DNA from: Eledone cirrhosa
Taxonomy: Eukaryota
Length of the DNA: 64,000 bases
Assembly (NCBI GenBank): GCA_964016885.1
Contig: OZ024752.1
Span: 7,998,001 to 8,062,000 of the forward strand
Direction: 5' to 3'
The notes under the pieces were generated by a model. That model saw nothing but the letters and a program-made list of their open reading frames with translations, was not told the origin of the DNA and did no database searches. Numbering within the stretch: the first letter of the stretch is position 1; the number at the start of each line of letters is the position of its first letter. This document shows, one piece after another, positions 13,200 through 24,200 of this stretch. The translations under genes were made by a program, and so were the position numbers.

Positions 13200-14170
13200 A
13201 GTATGGCTATGTAGACGACCTCGCCCTTCTCCACTTCGATAGTGTCTGGATTAAAATGAGAGAGTATTAACAGCAGACAACCCAACTGGCAACATATTTC
13301 AAGACCTGGAGACTGAATCTGAGCATGACAAAAACAACTGCAATTCCATTCCACCTGAATACCAAAGAGGACAGTCACCAGCTCACATTTACCTTGATAT
13401 TACATCCCTCACATATAACATACGACCTATCTCAGAGTGAAATTGGACGGACAGTTGACATACTTCGAGTCCTTATGTGCAAAGGTGTCCTACTACACTG
13501 CTTGTCAGGTTCATCATGACACATCCACCCTACATACCAGTACCCTAGCCTTGATCTAGGAACAACCTCCACTGTCAGGTTCACCATGACACATCCACCC
13601 TACATCCCAGTACCCTAGCCTTGATCTAGGAACAACCTCCACTGTCAGGTTCACCATGGTACATCCACCCTACATACCAGTACTCTAGCCTTGATCTAGG
13701 AACAACCTCCACTGTCAGGTTCACCATGGTACATCTACCCTACATACCTGTACCCTAGCCTTGATCTAGGAACAACCTCCACTGTCAGGTTCACCATGGT
13801 ACATCTACCCTACATACCTGTACCCTAGCCTTGATCTAGGAACAACCTCCACTGTCAGGTTCACCATGGTACATCTACCCTACATACCTGTACCCTAGCC
13901 TTGATCTAGGAACAACCTACACTGTCAGGTTCACCATGTCACATCCATCCTACATACCAGTACCCTAGCCTTGATCTACAGTGCTGCAGTGGTGTGCCTC
14001 CGATGCAGGAACTCTCATACTAAGAAGCTAGATATAGCTCTGAACAACACCTTAAGACTCACCAGAGTCACAGACGTTGTTCCTCCACCCTTTCGTAAAG
14101 AGTATCACATAAATATGTTGATAATCAAAGCCTTAATAGACTCAAGTTATCTGCTCTATGACATAACTGA
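13200..14170 (+). mobile_element. Vingi/Ingi-like LINE RT relic interrupted by an internal minisatellite
   Basis: YVDDLALL...YFKTWRLNLSMTKTTAIPFHLN...STLHTSTLALIYSAA...RNSHTKKLDIALNNTLR...PP motifs. Confidence 0.7.
13501..13978. repeat. Minisatellite, 70-bp unit, about 7 copies
   Basis: Units at 13501, 13571, 13641 ... 13921. Confidence 0.96.
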
Positions 14171-14311
14171 GGTAACCAAGCCCTCAATAGACCCATATCG
14201 TCCACTCCATCACACAACTGAGGTAACCAAGGTCTCTATAGATCCAAGTCCTCCCTTCCATGTCATGACTGAGGTAATCAAGACCTCAATAGACCCATGT
14301 CATCGGTAATA

Positions 14312-14456
14312 TGTTTGTTAATACTTTCATTATTGTATACTTCTGTTTGGTAATACTTTCATTATTGTATACTTCTGTTTGGTAATACTTTCATTATTGT
14401 ATACTTCTGTTTGGTAATACTTTCATTATTGTATACTTTTGTTTGGTAATACTTTC
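14312..14456. repeat. Minisatellite, 32-bp unit TTTGGTAATACTTTCATTATTGTATACTTCTG, about 4.5 copies
   Basis: Direct. Confidence 0.93.
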
Positions 14457-14775
14457 GGTCTATATTTGCAGCTAAAACGTAAACTCAGAAATATTACCAT
14501 CATTCTTTCCAATTTCATATTGATTATCAATAATATTGATCTGGGTAATATCATAGATTTTCTATGGGAACATAATGTCGATATTACAACTACGTATTGC
14601 GGAAAAAAAGAAAAAAAGAAACAATTTTTCTTTCGTCAACATAATTGTATTCTACACCTTAGAAAACGTACCTGAAAATTTTAATTGAAAAAAAGTTTAT
14701 AAGGAAATAAAGTGAGGTTGGGTCACTGAACTGTAATTATCTCTGGATATAAGAATAGTAAAATAGAATTAAAGA

Positions 14776-15240
14776 TCTTCTTCTTCACCTAGAGGGTCAT
14801 GGCGGCAGTGTCTCCAAACACTCCCTCCCACGGGTCCTGTCAGAAGCAACCGTCTCCAACTGATTCGGCTGGATCCCCAAGTGTGACCAACCAAGCTCAT
14901 GGATGTTATCCAACCATCTTGCTCGGGGTCTACCCCTGGGTCTCCTACCGGTTGGTTTGGCCCATAAAATCTGTCCAGCAATTCTTTCCAGAGACATTCT
15001 AACAACATGTCCATAGTATCGGAACTGTGATCTCTCAATTCGGAGATTCTTTCTTCAGCACATTCTAACCACATGTCCATAGTCCATAGTATTGGAGCTG
15101 TGATCTCTCAATTCAGAGAGGTAACAGCTCTACCTGGAGTGACTCGTTGATCTCTAAGCTACACACTCTATCAAGTAAAGTTACTCCAAAGACTCTTCAG
15201 GAGAACCCCATTCCGGCTGCTTGTATTCGCAATCGTATTA
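14776..15240 (-). mobile_element. RTE-group LINE 3' fragment
   Basis: ERIAGQILWAKPTGRRPRGRPRARWLDNI...ASDR..R C-terminal RTE motif; (GAA)n tail. Confidence 0.8.
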
Positions 15241-15462
15241 TTTCGTTTGTATTTATAATAACAAGAATTCATTAGTGAGATGCTATAATGGTGATGTTTC
15301 ACATACAAATAGAATTCATGGAACCTCATAAATATAATACACATATACAATCAAAGTGAAAAATAAAACATCAATTCCACACTAAGTGCATCAATTGGTC
15401 ACACACCATCAGAACCTCACTCTAATATTTTTTAAGGTGAACTAGCACACTGGCAGCATTAA

Positions 15463-15940
15463 CCCTTTTGCAATTAAACTGGCCATATTCGGTCAGAATT
15501 CTCTCACTTCTTTCTGGTCAAACTGGCTGTAACTAGCCACTCATACTTATGTTAAGGTATTGTTTTCAATAAATAACATCAAAGTCTCATAGATTCGATA
15601 TTATGTGAGATAAAGTGTTTACTGTGAAAATACAATAGTATATATAGAGTAATGTAAATGTTATGTGAGGTAAAGCCTTTACCATGAAAATACAATAATA
15701 TATATCGATTAATGTAAATGTTATGAGATATTATGTGAGGTAAAGCCTTTACCATGAAAATACAATAATATATATCGATTAATGTAAATGTTATGAGATA
15801 TTATGTGAGGTAAAGCCTTTACTGTGAAAATACAATAGTATATATAGAGTAATGAAAATGTTATGTGAGATATTATGTGAGATAAAGCCTTTACTGTGAA
15901 AATACAATAGTATATATAGAGTAATGTAAATACTAAACGG
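15463..15940 (+). mobile_element. piggyBac-type MITE with internal tandem expansion
   Basis: TTAA|CCCTTTTGCA ... TACTAAACGG|TTAA; same family as 34758 and 60722. Confidence 0.82.
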
Positions 15941-16564
15941 TTAAATACTTGTTAACTCTTGTAAACTGAATGTTGTCACAAAGTATTTCAGACAGCTACT
16001 ATTCCACTGAACACCATCCTCGTCACTTTAGTTTAACTACAAACATTTAAATGATACTATTTATCACATCCAGATAAAAAGACATCAATGACAGAAAAGC
16101 CTCTAGTATTTAGTTCTGGAGCTTTACATCTTTAGTTCGAATCCTTTCCAGCTCACTTTGTCTTTTAACATTCTAGGTTTAATAAAATAAACTCTCAGGA
16201 AAATATTAGGGTAAACTTAATATTCTTTTAAAGGTTTCTAGAAGTAAATGTAATTTAAAAAAAAAACGACGAAAATTATTATTATTTTTTTTTTTTGTTA
16301 CAAAAGTAAGAGTTTCTTCTCCAGTTAAACATAATCCTATCTTGTTGTAATATTATATGTCTTCTGTTAGGAAAATAGTTTATTACTATGTCTGTGGAAT
16401 TGGTTTAGTTGAGTTTCGGGTATTTCTAAACATTGAGAACATGTTCACAGAGTTAAGGTTTACAAGGGAGATAACTGTGAGAAAATGTCATCTGTTTTAA
16501 CGTTCTTTAATAAATGTGTGTGTGTGTGTGTTAGTGTGTTTATGTGCGTGCGTCTGTGTGTGTG

Positions 16565-16970
16565 TTACTCTATTACATGTTCCAGCCGACAGACTGGGGC
16601 CATGCTAAGGCATCACCACCGGTGCTACACTTTATATAGCCAGCCTTCCCTGGTTGAATATTGATACAAAAGGGAGTTGTTGCTGCTCTTATTTGTGCTT
16701 CACCTCTTGCTGTGGGTTCTTCTGGGAACTTGGTCAGTAGAATCTCGAGATGTCTCTTGACAACATCTACATGTTCACCATGGAGATCTCTCAGTCAACA
16801 TTGAGGCTTATTAAAAAGCTGGGATTCTTTGAACCCCAGACTATTGCAGTATGTAATCCTCATTCTTGATGCGACAGATGGAACATTTGGCACTACACAG
16901 TGCGGTCCTGTTTGTGGGCCGGTCCTGCCTTCAATGCCGAAGTTTGGTGCTAACCCTTCCAGGATCTTCC
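16565..16970 (-). mobile_element. Older CR1-like LINE 3' fragment of a different family
   Basis: Degenerate minus-strand translation CVVPNVPSVASRMRITYCNSLGFK..QLFN...LRDLHG..VDVVKRHL...PEEPT. Confidence 0.68.
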
Positions 16971-16985
16971 ATATATATATATATA

Positions 16986-18085
16986 AGAGGTAGTCACGGT
17001 TCTAGGACAGCATTCTTCACCATATGAGATGTCATCTGGTGTACCACAAGGATCTGTTCTTGGTCCCCTTTTGTTTGTGGCATATATTAATGACATAGAT
17101 GCCAACTTAAAGAATGCCACGGTACTGAAATATGCAGATGACATCAAGCTGTACCTTGAAATCAAAAGGACAGATCCTGAAATCTATAACTCTTTCCTAC
17201 AATCTGACCTGGACACAATGCAGCAATGGATCACAGACTGGCAACTGAAGCTGGCTGTGGACAAGTGCACCACCATGCATTTTGGGAGGAAAAATCCAGC
17301 GTCCACATACTCCCTCCACAACACTGATATCAAGAAGTCCTCTTGTAAACATGACCTGGGCATTACTGTCAGCAGCGATTTGTGTTGGACAAAGCATGTC
17401 TCTAAGATTGTCAAGAAGGCCGAGGGTGTCTTTGCATCACACAGCAAGACCTTTGTTAGCCGCTCTCCAGCCATCTATTTAAAACTGTATACAGCTATGG
17501 TACGACCACACTTGGAATTCGCATCATCAGTCTGGAACCCCTATCTTGCTCAGAACATTGACCTCCTGGAAACTGTTCAGAGACGTACAACCAAGCGCAT
17601 ACCCTCCATCAGACACCTACCATATTCTGAACGCCTTGCTTCCCTGGGCATGGATTCATTGAAGCTCTGACATCTGGCAATGGACTTGGTAAACACCCAC
17701 AAAGTTATTAACCATCTCGCCAACAACAACTCTGAGCACCTTTTTGATCTCCATGTGTCTAACACACGTGGACATGCCTACAAAATCAGAAAACAGCACA
17801 GCTCCCATGACTTTCTGAAACATTTTTTTACGCTCAGAGTTGCTGAAGCATGGAACAAACTGCCTGCGTCAGTTGTTAGCTGCCGGGACACTGCATCCTT
17901 TAAAACACTCATGCTTCCCGAAATTCGCCAAAACTACACCTTATGTACCCCTTCCATACACATGCACACATGTGTATATCATGACTCGTGCACTTCATTT
18001 TCCTGACGTTTGTACATTACATACACTTTTTGATGAGTTGTGGTGCACCTGAGCACTGTACACAATATTTCATTGTTATTATTAT
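16986..18085 (+). mobile_element. CR1-group LINE, 5'-truncated copy 2
   Basis: ORF 17029-17670 with SGVPQGSVLGPLLF/YADD; near-identical to 12077-13190; starts at a (TA)n tract. Confidence 0.94.
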
Positions 18086-18250
18086 ATCAGTATATATCTC
18101 TCCCATCTTTGCTCCAGTTCTGCAGTTGAGAGAAATATTTATATAAGACGATTTGAAGTAGGCGAAAGTCTCTTAAATAATCTTCCATTGTTATTGATTA
18201 AATTTGAAATATATTCAAAATACGTAAGATGGATTTATAAGAATTCTAAA

Positions 18251-21200
18251 TAGTAGAGGGTTTGTAGGTAGTCAGTAGAGGGTTTGTGGGTAGTCAGTAG
18301 AGGGTTTGTAGGTAGTCAGTAGAGGGTTTGTAGGTAGTCAGTAGAGGGTTTGTAGGTAGTCAGTAGAGGGTTTGTAGGTAGTCAGTAGAGGGTTTGTAGG
18401 TAGTCAGTAGAGGGTTTGTAGGTAGTCAGTAGAGGGTTTGTGGGTAGTCAGTAGAGGGTTTGTGGGTAGTCAGTAGAGGGTTTGTGGGTAGTCAGTAGAT
18501 GGTTTGTAGGTAGTCAGTAGATGGTTTGTAGGTAGTCAGTAGAGGGTTTGTAGGTAGTCAGTAGAGGGTTTGTAGGTAGTCAGTAGAGGGTTTGTGGGTA
18601 GTCAGTAGATGGTTTGTAGGTAGTCAGTAGAGGGTTTGTAGGTAGTCAGTAGAGGGTTTGTGGGTAGTCAGTAGATGGTTTGTAGGTAGTCAGTAGATGG
18701 TTTGTAGGTAGTCAGTAGAGGGTTTGTAGGTAGTCAGTAGAGGGTTTGTAGGTAGTCAGTAGAGGGTTTGTGGGTAGTCAGTAGATGGTTTGTAGGTAGT
18801 CAGTAGAGGGTTTGTAGGTAGTCAGTAGAGGGTTTGTAGGTAGTCAGTAGATGGTTTGTAGGTAGTCAGTAGAGGGTTTGTAGGTAGTCAGTAGATGGTT
18901 TGTGGGTAGTCAGTAGATGGTTTGTAGGTAGTCAGTAGAGGGTTTGTAGGTAGTCAGTAGAGGGTTTGTAGGTAGTCAGTAGAGGGTTTGTAGGTAGTCA
19001 GTAGAGGGTTTGTAGGTAGTCAGTAGAGGGTTTGTAGGTAGTCAGTAGAGGGTTTGTGGGTAGTCAGTAGAGGGTTTGTAGGTAGTCAGTAGAGGGTTTG
19101 TGGGTAGTCAGTAGAGGGTTTGTGGGTAGTCAGTAGAGGGTTTGTGGGTAGTCAGTAGAGGGTTTGTAGGTAGTCAGTAGAGGGTTTGTAGGTAGTCAGT
19201 AGAGGGTTTGTAGGTAGTCAGTAGAGGGTTTGTAGGTAGTCAGTAGAGGGTTTGTAGGTAGTCAGTAGAGGGTTTGTAGGTAGTCAGTAGAGGGTTTGTG
19301 GGTAGTCAGTAGAGGGTTTGTGGGTAGTCAGTAGAGGGTTTGTGGGTAGTCAGTAGATGGTTTGTAGGTAGTCAGTAGATGGTTTGTAGGTAGTCAGTAG
19401 AGGGTTTGTAGGTAGTCAGTAGAGGGTTTGTGGGTCGTCAGTAGAGGGTTTGTAGGTAGTCAGTAGAGGGTTTGTAGGTAGTCAGTAGAGGGTTTGTAGG
19501 TAGTCAGTAGAGGGTTTGTAGGTAGTCAGTAGAGGATTTGTAGGTAGTCAGTAGAGGGTTTGTAGGTAGTCAGTAGAGGGTTTGTAGGTAGTCAGTAGAG
19601 GGTTTGTAGGTAGTCAGTAGAGGGTTTGTGGGTAGTCAGTAGAGGGTTTGTAGGTAGTCAGTAGAGGGTTTGTGGGTAGTCAGTAGAGGGTTTGTAGGTA
19701 GTCAGTAGAGGGTTTGTAGGTAGTCAGTAGAGGGTTTGTAGGTAGTCAGTAGAGGGTTTGTAGGTAGTCAGTAGAGGGTTTGTGGGTAGTCAGTAGAGGG
19801 TTTGTAGGTAGTCAGTAGAGGGTTTGTGGGTAGTCAGTAGAGGGTTTGTAGGTAGTCAGTAGAGGGTTTGTGGGTAGTCAGTAGAGGGTTTGTAGGTAGT
19901 CAGTAGAGGGTTTGTGGGTAGTCAGTAGAGGGTTTGTAGGTAGTCAGTAGAGGGTTTGTAGGTAGTCAGTAGAGGGTTTGTAGGTAGTCAGTAGAGGGTT
20001 TGTGGGTAGTCAGTAGAGGGTTTGTAGGTAGTCAGTAGAGGGTTTGTAGGTAGTCAGTAGAGGGTTTGTGGGTAGTCAGTAGAGGGTTTGTAGGTAGTCA
20101 GTAGAGGGTTTGTAGGTAGTCAGTAGAGGGTTTGTAGGTAGTCAGTAGAGGGTTTGTAGGTAGTCAGTAGAGGGTTTGTAGGTAGTCAGTAGAGGGTTTG
20201 TGGGTCGTCAGTAGAGGGTTTGTAGGTAGTCAGTAGAGGGTTTGTAGGTAGTCAGTAGAGGGTTTGTAGGTAGTCAGTAGAGGGTTTGTAGGTAGTCAGT
20301 AGAGGATTTGTAGGTAGTCAGTAGAGGGTTTGTAGGTAGTCAGTAGAGGGTTTGTAGGTAGTCAGTAGAGGGTTTGTGGGTAGTCAGTAGAGGGTTTGTA
20401 GGTAGTCAGTAGAGGGTTTGTGGGTAGTCAGTAGAGGGTTTGTAGGTAGTCAGTAGAGGGTTTGTAGGTAGTCAGTAGAGGGTTTGTAGGTAGTCAGTAG
20501 AGGGTTTGTAGGTAGTCAGTAGAGGGTTTGTGGGTAGTCAGTAGAGGGTTTGTAGGTAGTCAGTAGAGGGTTTGTGGGTAGTCAGTAGAGGGTTTGTAGG
20601 TAGTCAGTAGAGGGTTTGTGGGTAGTCAGTAGAGGGTTTGTAGGTAGTCAGTAGAGGGTTTGTGGGTAGTCAGTAGAGGGTTTGTAGGTAGTCAGTAGAG
20701 GGTTTGTAGGTAGTCAGTAGAGGGTTTGTAGGTAGTCAGTAGAGGGTTTGTGGGTAGTCAGTAGAGGGTTTGTAGGTAGTCAGTAGAGGGTTTGTAGGTA
20801 GTCAGTAGAGGGTTTGTGGGTAGTCAGTAGAGGGTTTGTAGGTAGTCAGTAGAGGGTTTGTAGGTAGTCAGTAGAGGGTTTGTAGGTAGTCAGTAGAGGG
20901 TTTGTAGGTAGTCGTAGAGGGTTTGTAGGTAGTCAGTAGAGGGTTTGTAGGTAGTCAGTAGAGGGTTTGTAGGTAGTCAGTAGAGGGTTTGTAGGTAGTC
21001 AGTAGAGGGTTTGTAGGTAGTCAGTAGAGGGTTTGTGGGTAGTCAGTAGAGGGTTTGTAGGTAGTCAGTAGAGGGTTTGTGGGTAGTCAGTAGAGGGTTT
21101 GTAGGTAGTCAGTAGATGGTTTGTAGGTAGTCAGTAGAGGGTTTGTAGGTAGTCAGTAGAGGGTTTGTAGGTAGTCAGTAGAGGGTTTGTAGGTAGTCAG

Positions 21201-24200
21201 TAGAGGGTTTGTAGGTAGTCAGTAGAGGGTTTGTGGGTAGTCAGTAGATGGTTTGTAGGTAGTCAGTAGAGGGTTTGTAGGTAGTCAGTAGAGGGTTTGT
21301 GGGTAGTCAGTAGAGGGTTTGTGGGTAGTCAGTAGAGGGTTTGTAGGTAGTCAGTAGAGGGTTTGTAGGTAGTCAGTAGAGGGTTTGTAGGTAGTCAGTA
21401 GAGGGTTTGTAGGTAGTCAGTAGAGGGTTTGTGGGTAGTCAGTAGAGGGTTTGTGGGTAGTCAGTAGAGGGTTTGTGGGTAGTCAGTAGATGGTTTGTAG
21501 GTAGTCAGTAGATGGTTTGTAGGTAGTCAGTAGAGGGTTTGTAGGTAGTCAGTAGAGGGTTTGTGGGTCGTCAGTAGAGGGTTTGTAGGTAGTCAGTAGA
21601 GGGTTTGTAGGTAGTCAGTAGAGGGTTTGTAGGTAGTCAGTAGAGGGTTTGTAGGTAGTCAGTAGAGGGTTTGTAGGTAGTCAGTAGAGGGTTTGTAGGT
21701 AGTCAGTAGAGGGTTTGTAGGGTAGTCAGTAGAGGGTTTGTAGGTAGTCAGTAGAGGGTTTGTAGGTAGTCAGTAGAGGGTTTGTGGGTAGTCAGTAGAG
21801 GGTTTGTAGGTAGTCAGTAGAGGGTTTGTGGGTAGTCAGTAGAGGGTTTGTGGGTAGTCAGTAGAGGGTTTGTAGGTAGTCAGTAGAGGGTTTGTAGGTA
21901 GTCAGTAGAGGGTTTGTAGGTAGTCAGTAGAGGGTTTGTAGGTAGTCAGTAGAGGGTTTGTAGGTAGTCAGTAGAGGGTTTGTAGGTAGTCAGTAGAGGG
22001 TTTGTGGGTAGTCAGTAGAGGGTTTGTGGGTAGTCAGTAGAGGGTTTGTGGGTAGTCAGTAGAGGGTTTGTAGGTAGTCAGTAGAGGGTTTGTAGGTAGT
22101 CAGTAGAGGGTTTGTAGGTAGTCAGTAGAGGGTTTGTAGGTAGTCAGTAGAGGGTTTGTAGGTAGTCAGTAGAGGGTTTGTAGGTAGTCAGTAGAGGGTT
22201 TGTAGGTAGTCAGTAGAGGGTTTGTAGGTAGTCAGTAGAGGGTTTGTAGGTAGTCAGTAGAGGGTTTGTAGGTAGTCAGTAGAGGGTTTGTAGGTAGTCA
22301 GTAGAGGGTTTGTAGGTAGTCAGTAGAGGGTTTGTAGGTAGTCAGTAGAGGGTTTGTGGGTAGTCAGTAGAGGGTTTGTGGGTAGTCAGTAGAGGGTTTG
22401 TGGGTAGTCAGTAGAGGGTTTGTAGGTAGTCAGTAGAGGGTTTGTAGGTAGTCAGTAGAGGGTTTGTGGGTAGTCAGTAGAGGGTTTGTGGGTAGTCAGT
22501 AGAGGGTTTGTAGGTAGTCAGTAGAGGGTTTGTAGGTAGTCAGTAGAGGGTTTGTAGGTAGTCAGTAGAGGGTTTGTAGGTAGTCAGTAGAGGGTTTGTA
22601 GGTAATCAGTAGAGGGTTTGTGGGTAGTCAGTAGATGGTTTGTAGGTAGTCAGTAGATGGTTTGTAGGTAGTCAGTAGAGGGTTTGTAGGTAGTCAGTAG
22701 AGGGTTTGTAGGTAGTCAGTAGATGGTTTGTAGGTAGTCAGTAGAGGGTTTGTAGGTAGTCAGTAGAGGGTTTGTAGGTAGTCAGTAGAGGGTTTGTAGG
22801 TAGTCAGTAGAGGGTTTGTAGGTAGTCAGTAGATGGTTTGTAGGTAGTCAGTAGAGGGTTTGTAGGTAGTCAGTAGAGGGTTTGTAGGTAGTCAGTAGAG
22901 GGTTTGTAGGTAGTCAGTAGAGGGTTTGTAGGTAGTCAGTAGAGGGTTTGTGGGTAGTCAGTAGATGGTTTGTAGGTAGTCAGTAGATGGTTTGTAGGTA
23001 GTCAGTAGAGGGTTTGTAGGTAGTCAGTAGAGGGTTTGTAGGTAGTCAGTAGAGGGTTTGTAGGTAGTCAGTAGATGGTTTGTAGGTAGTCAGTAGAGGG
23101 TTTGTAGGTAGTCAGTAGAGGGTTTGTAGGTAGTCAGTAGAGGGTTTGTAGGTAGTCAGTAGAGGGTTTGTAGGTAGTCAGTAGAGGGTTTGTAGGTAGT
23201 CAGTAGATGGTTTGTAGGTAGTCAGTAGATGGTTTGTAGGTAGTCAGTAGAGGGTTTGTAGGTAGTCAGTAGAGGGTTTGTAGGTAGTCAGTAGAGGGTT
23301 TGTAGGTAGTCAGTAGAGGGTTTGTGGGTAGTCAGTAGAGGGTTTGTAGGTAGTCAGTAGAGGGTTTGTAGGTAGTCAGTAGAGGGTTTGTAGGTAGTCA
23401 GTAGAGGGTTTGTAGGTAGTCAGTAGAGGGTTTGTGGGTAGTCAGTAGAGGGTTTGTAGGTAGTCAGTAGAGGGTTTGTGGGTAGTCAGTAGAGGGTTTG
23501 TAGGTAGTCAGTAGAGGGTTTGTAGGTAGTCAGTAGAGGGTTTGTAGGTAGTCAGTAGAGGGTTTGTAGGTAGTCAGTAGAGGGTTTGTAGGTAGTCAGT
23601 AGAGGGTTTGTAGGTAGTCAGTAGAGGGTTTGTAGGTAGTCAGTAGAGGGTTTGTAGGTAGTCAGTAGAGGGTTTGTAGGTAGTCAGTAGAGGGTTTGTA
23701 GGTAGTCAGTAGAGGGTTTGTAGGTAGTCAGTAGAGGGTTTGTAGGTAGTCAGTAGAGGGTTTGTAGGTAGTCAGTAGAGGGTTTGTGGGTAGTCAGTAG
23801 AGGGTTTGTAGGTAGTCAGTAGAGGGTTTGTAGGTAGTCAGTAGAGGGTTTGTAGGTAGTCAGTAGAGGGTTTGTAGGTAGTCAGTAGAGGGTTTGTAGG
23901 TAGTCAGTAGAGGGTTTGTAGGTAGTCAGTAGAGGGTTTGTGGGTAGTCAGTAGAGGGTTTGTAGGTAGTCAGTAGAGGGTTTGTAGGTAGTCAGTAGAG
24001 GGTTTGTAGGTAGTCAGTAGAGGGTTTGTAGGTAGTCAGTAGATGGTTTGTAGGTAGTCAGTAGAGGGTTTGTGGGTAGTCAGTAGAGGGTTTGTGGGTA
24101 GTCAGTAGAGGGTTTGTGGGTAGTCAGTAGAGGGTTTGTGGGTAGTCAGTAGAGGGTTTGTAGGTAGTCAGTAGAGGGTTTGTGGGTAGTCAGTAGAGGG

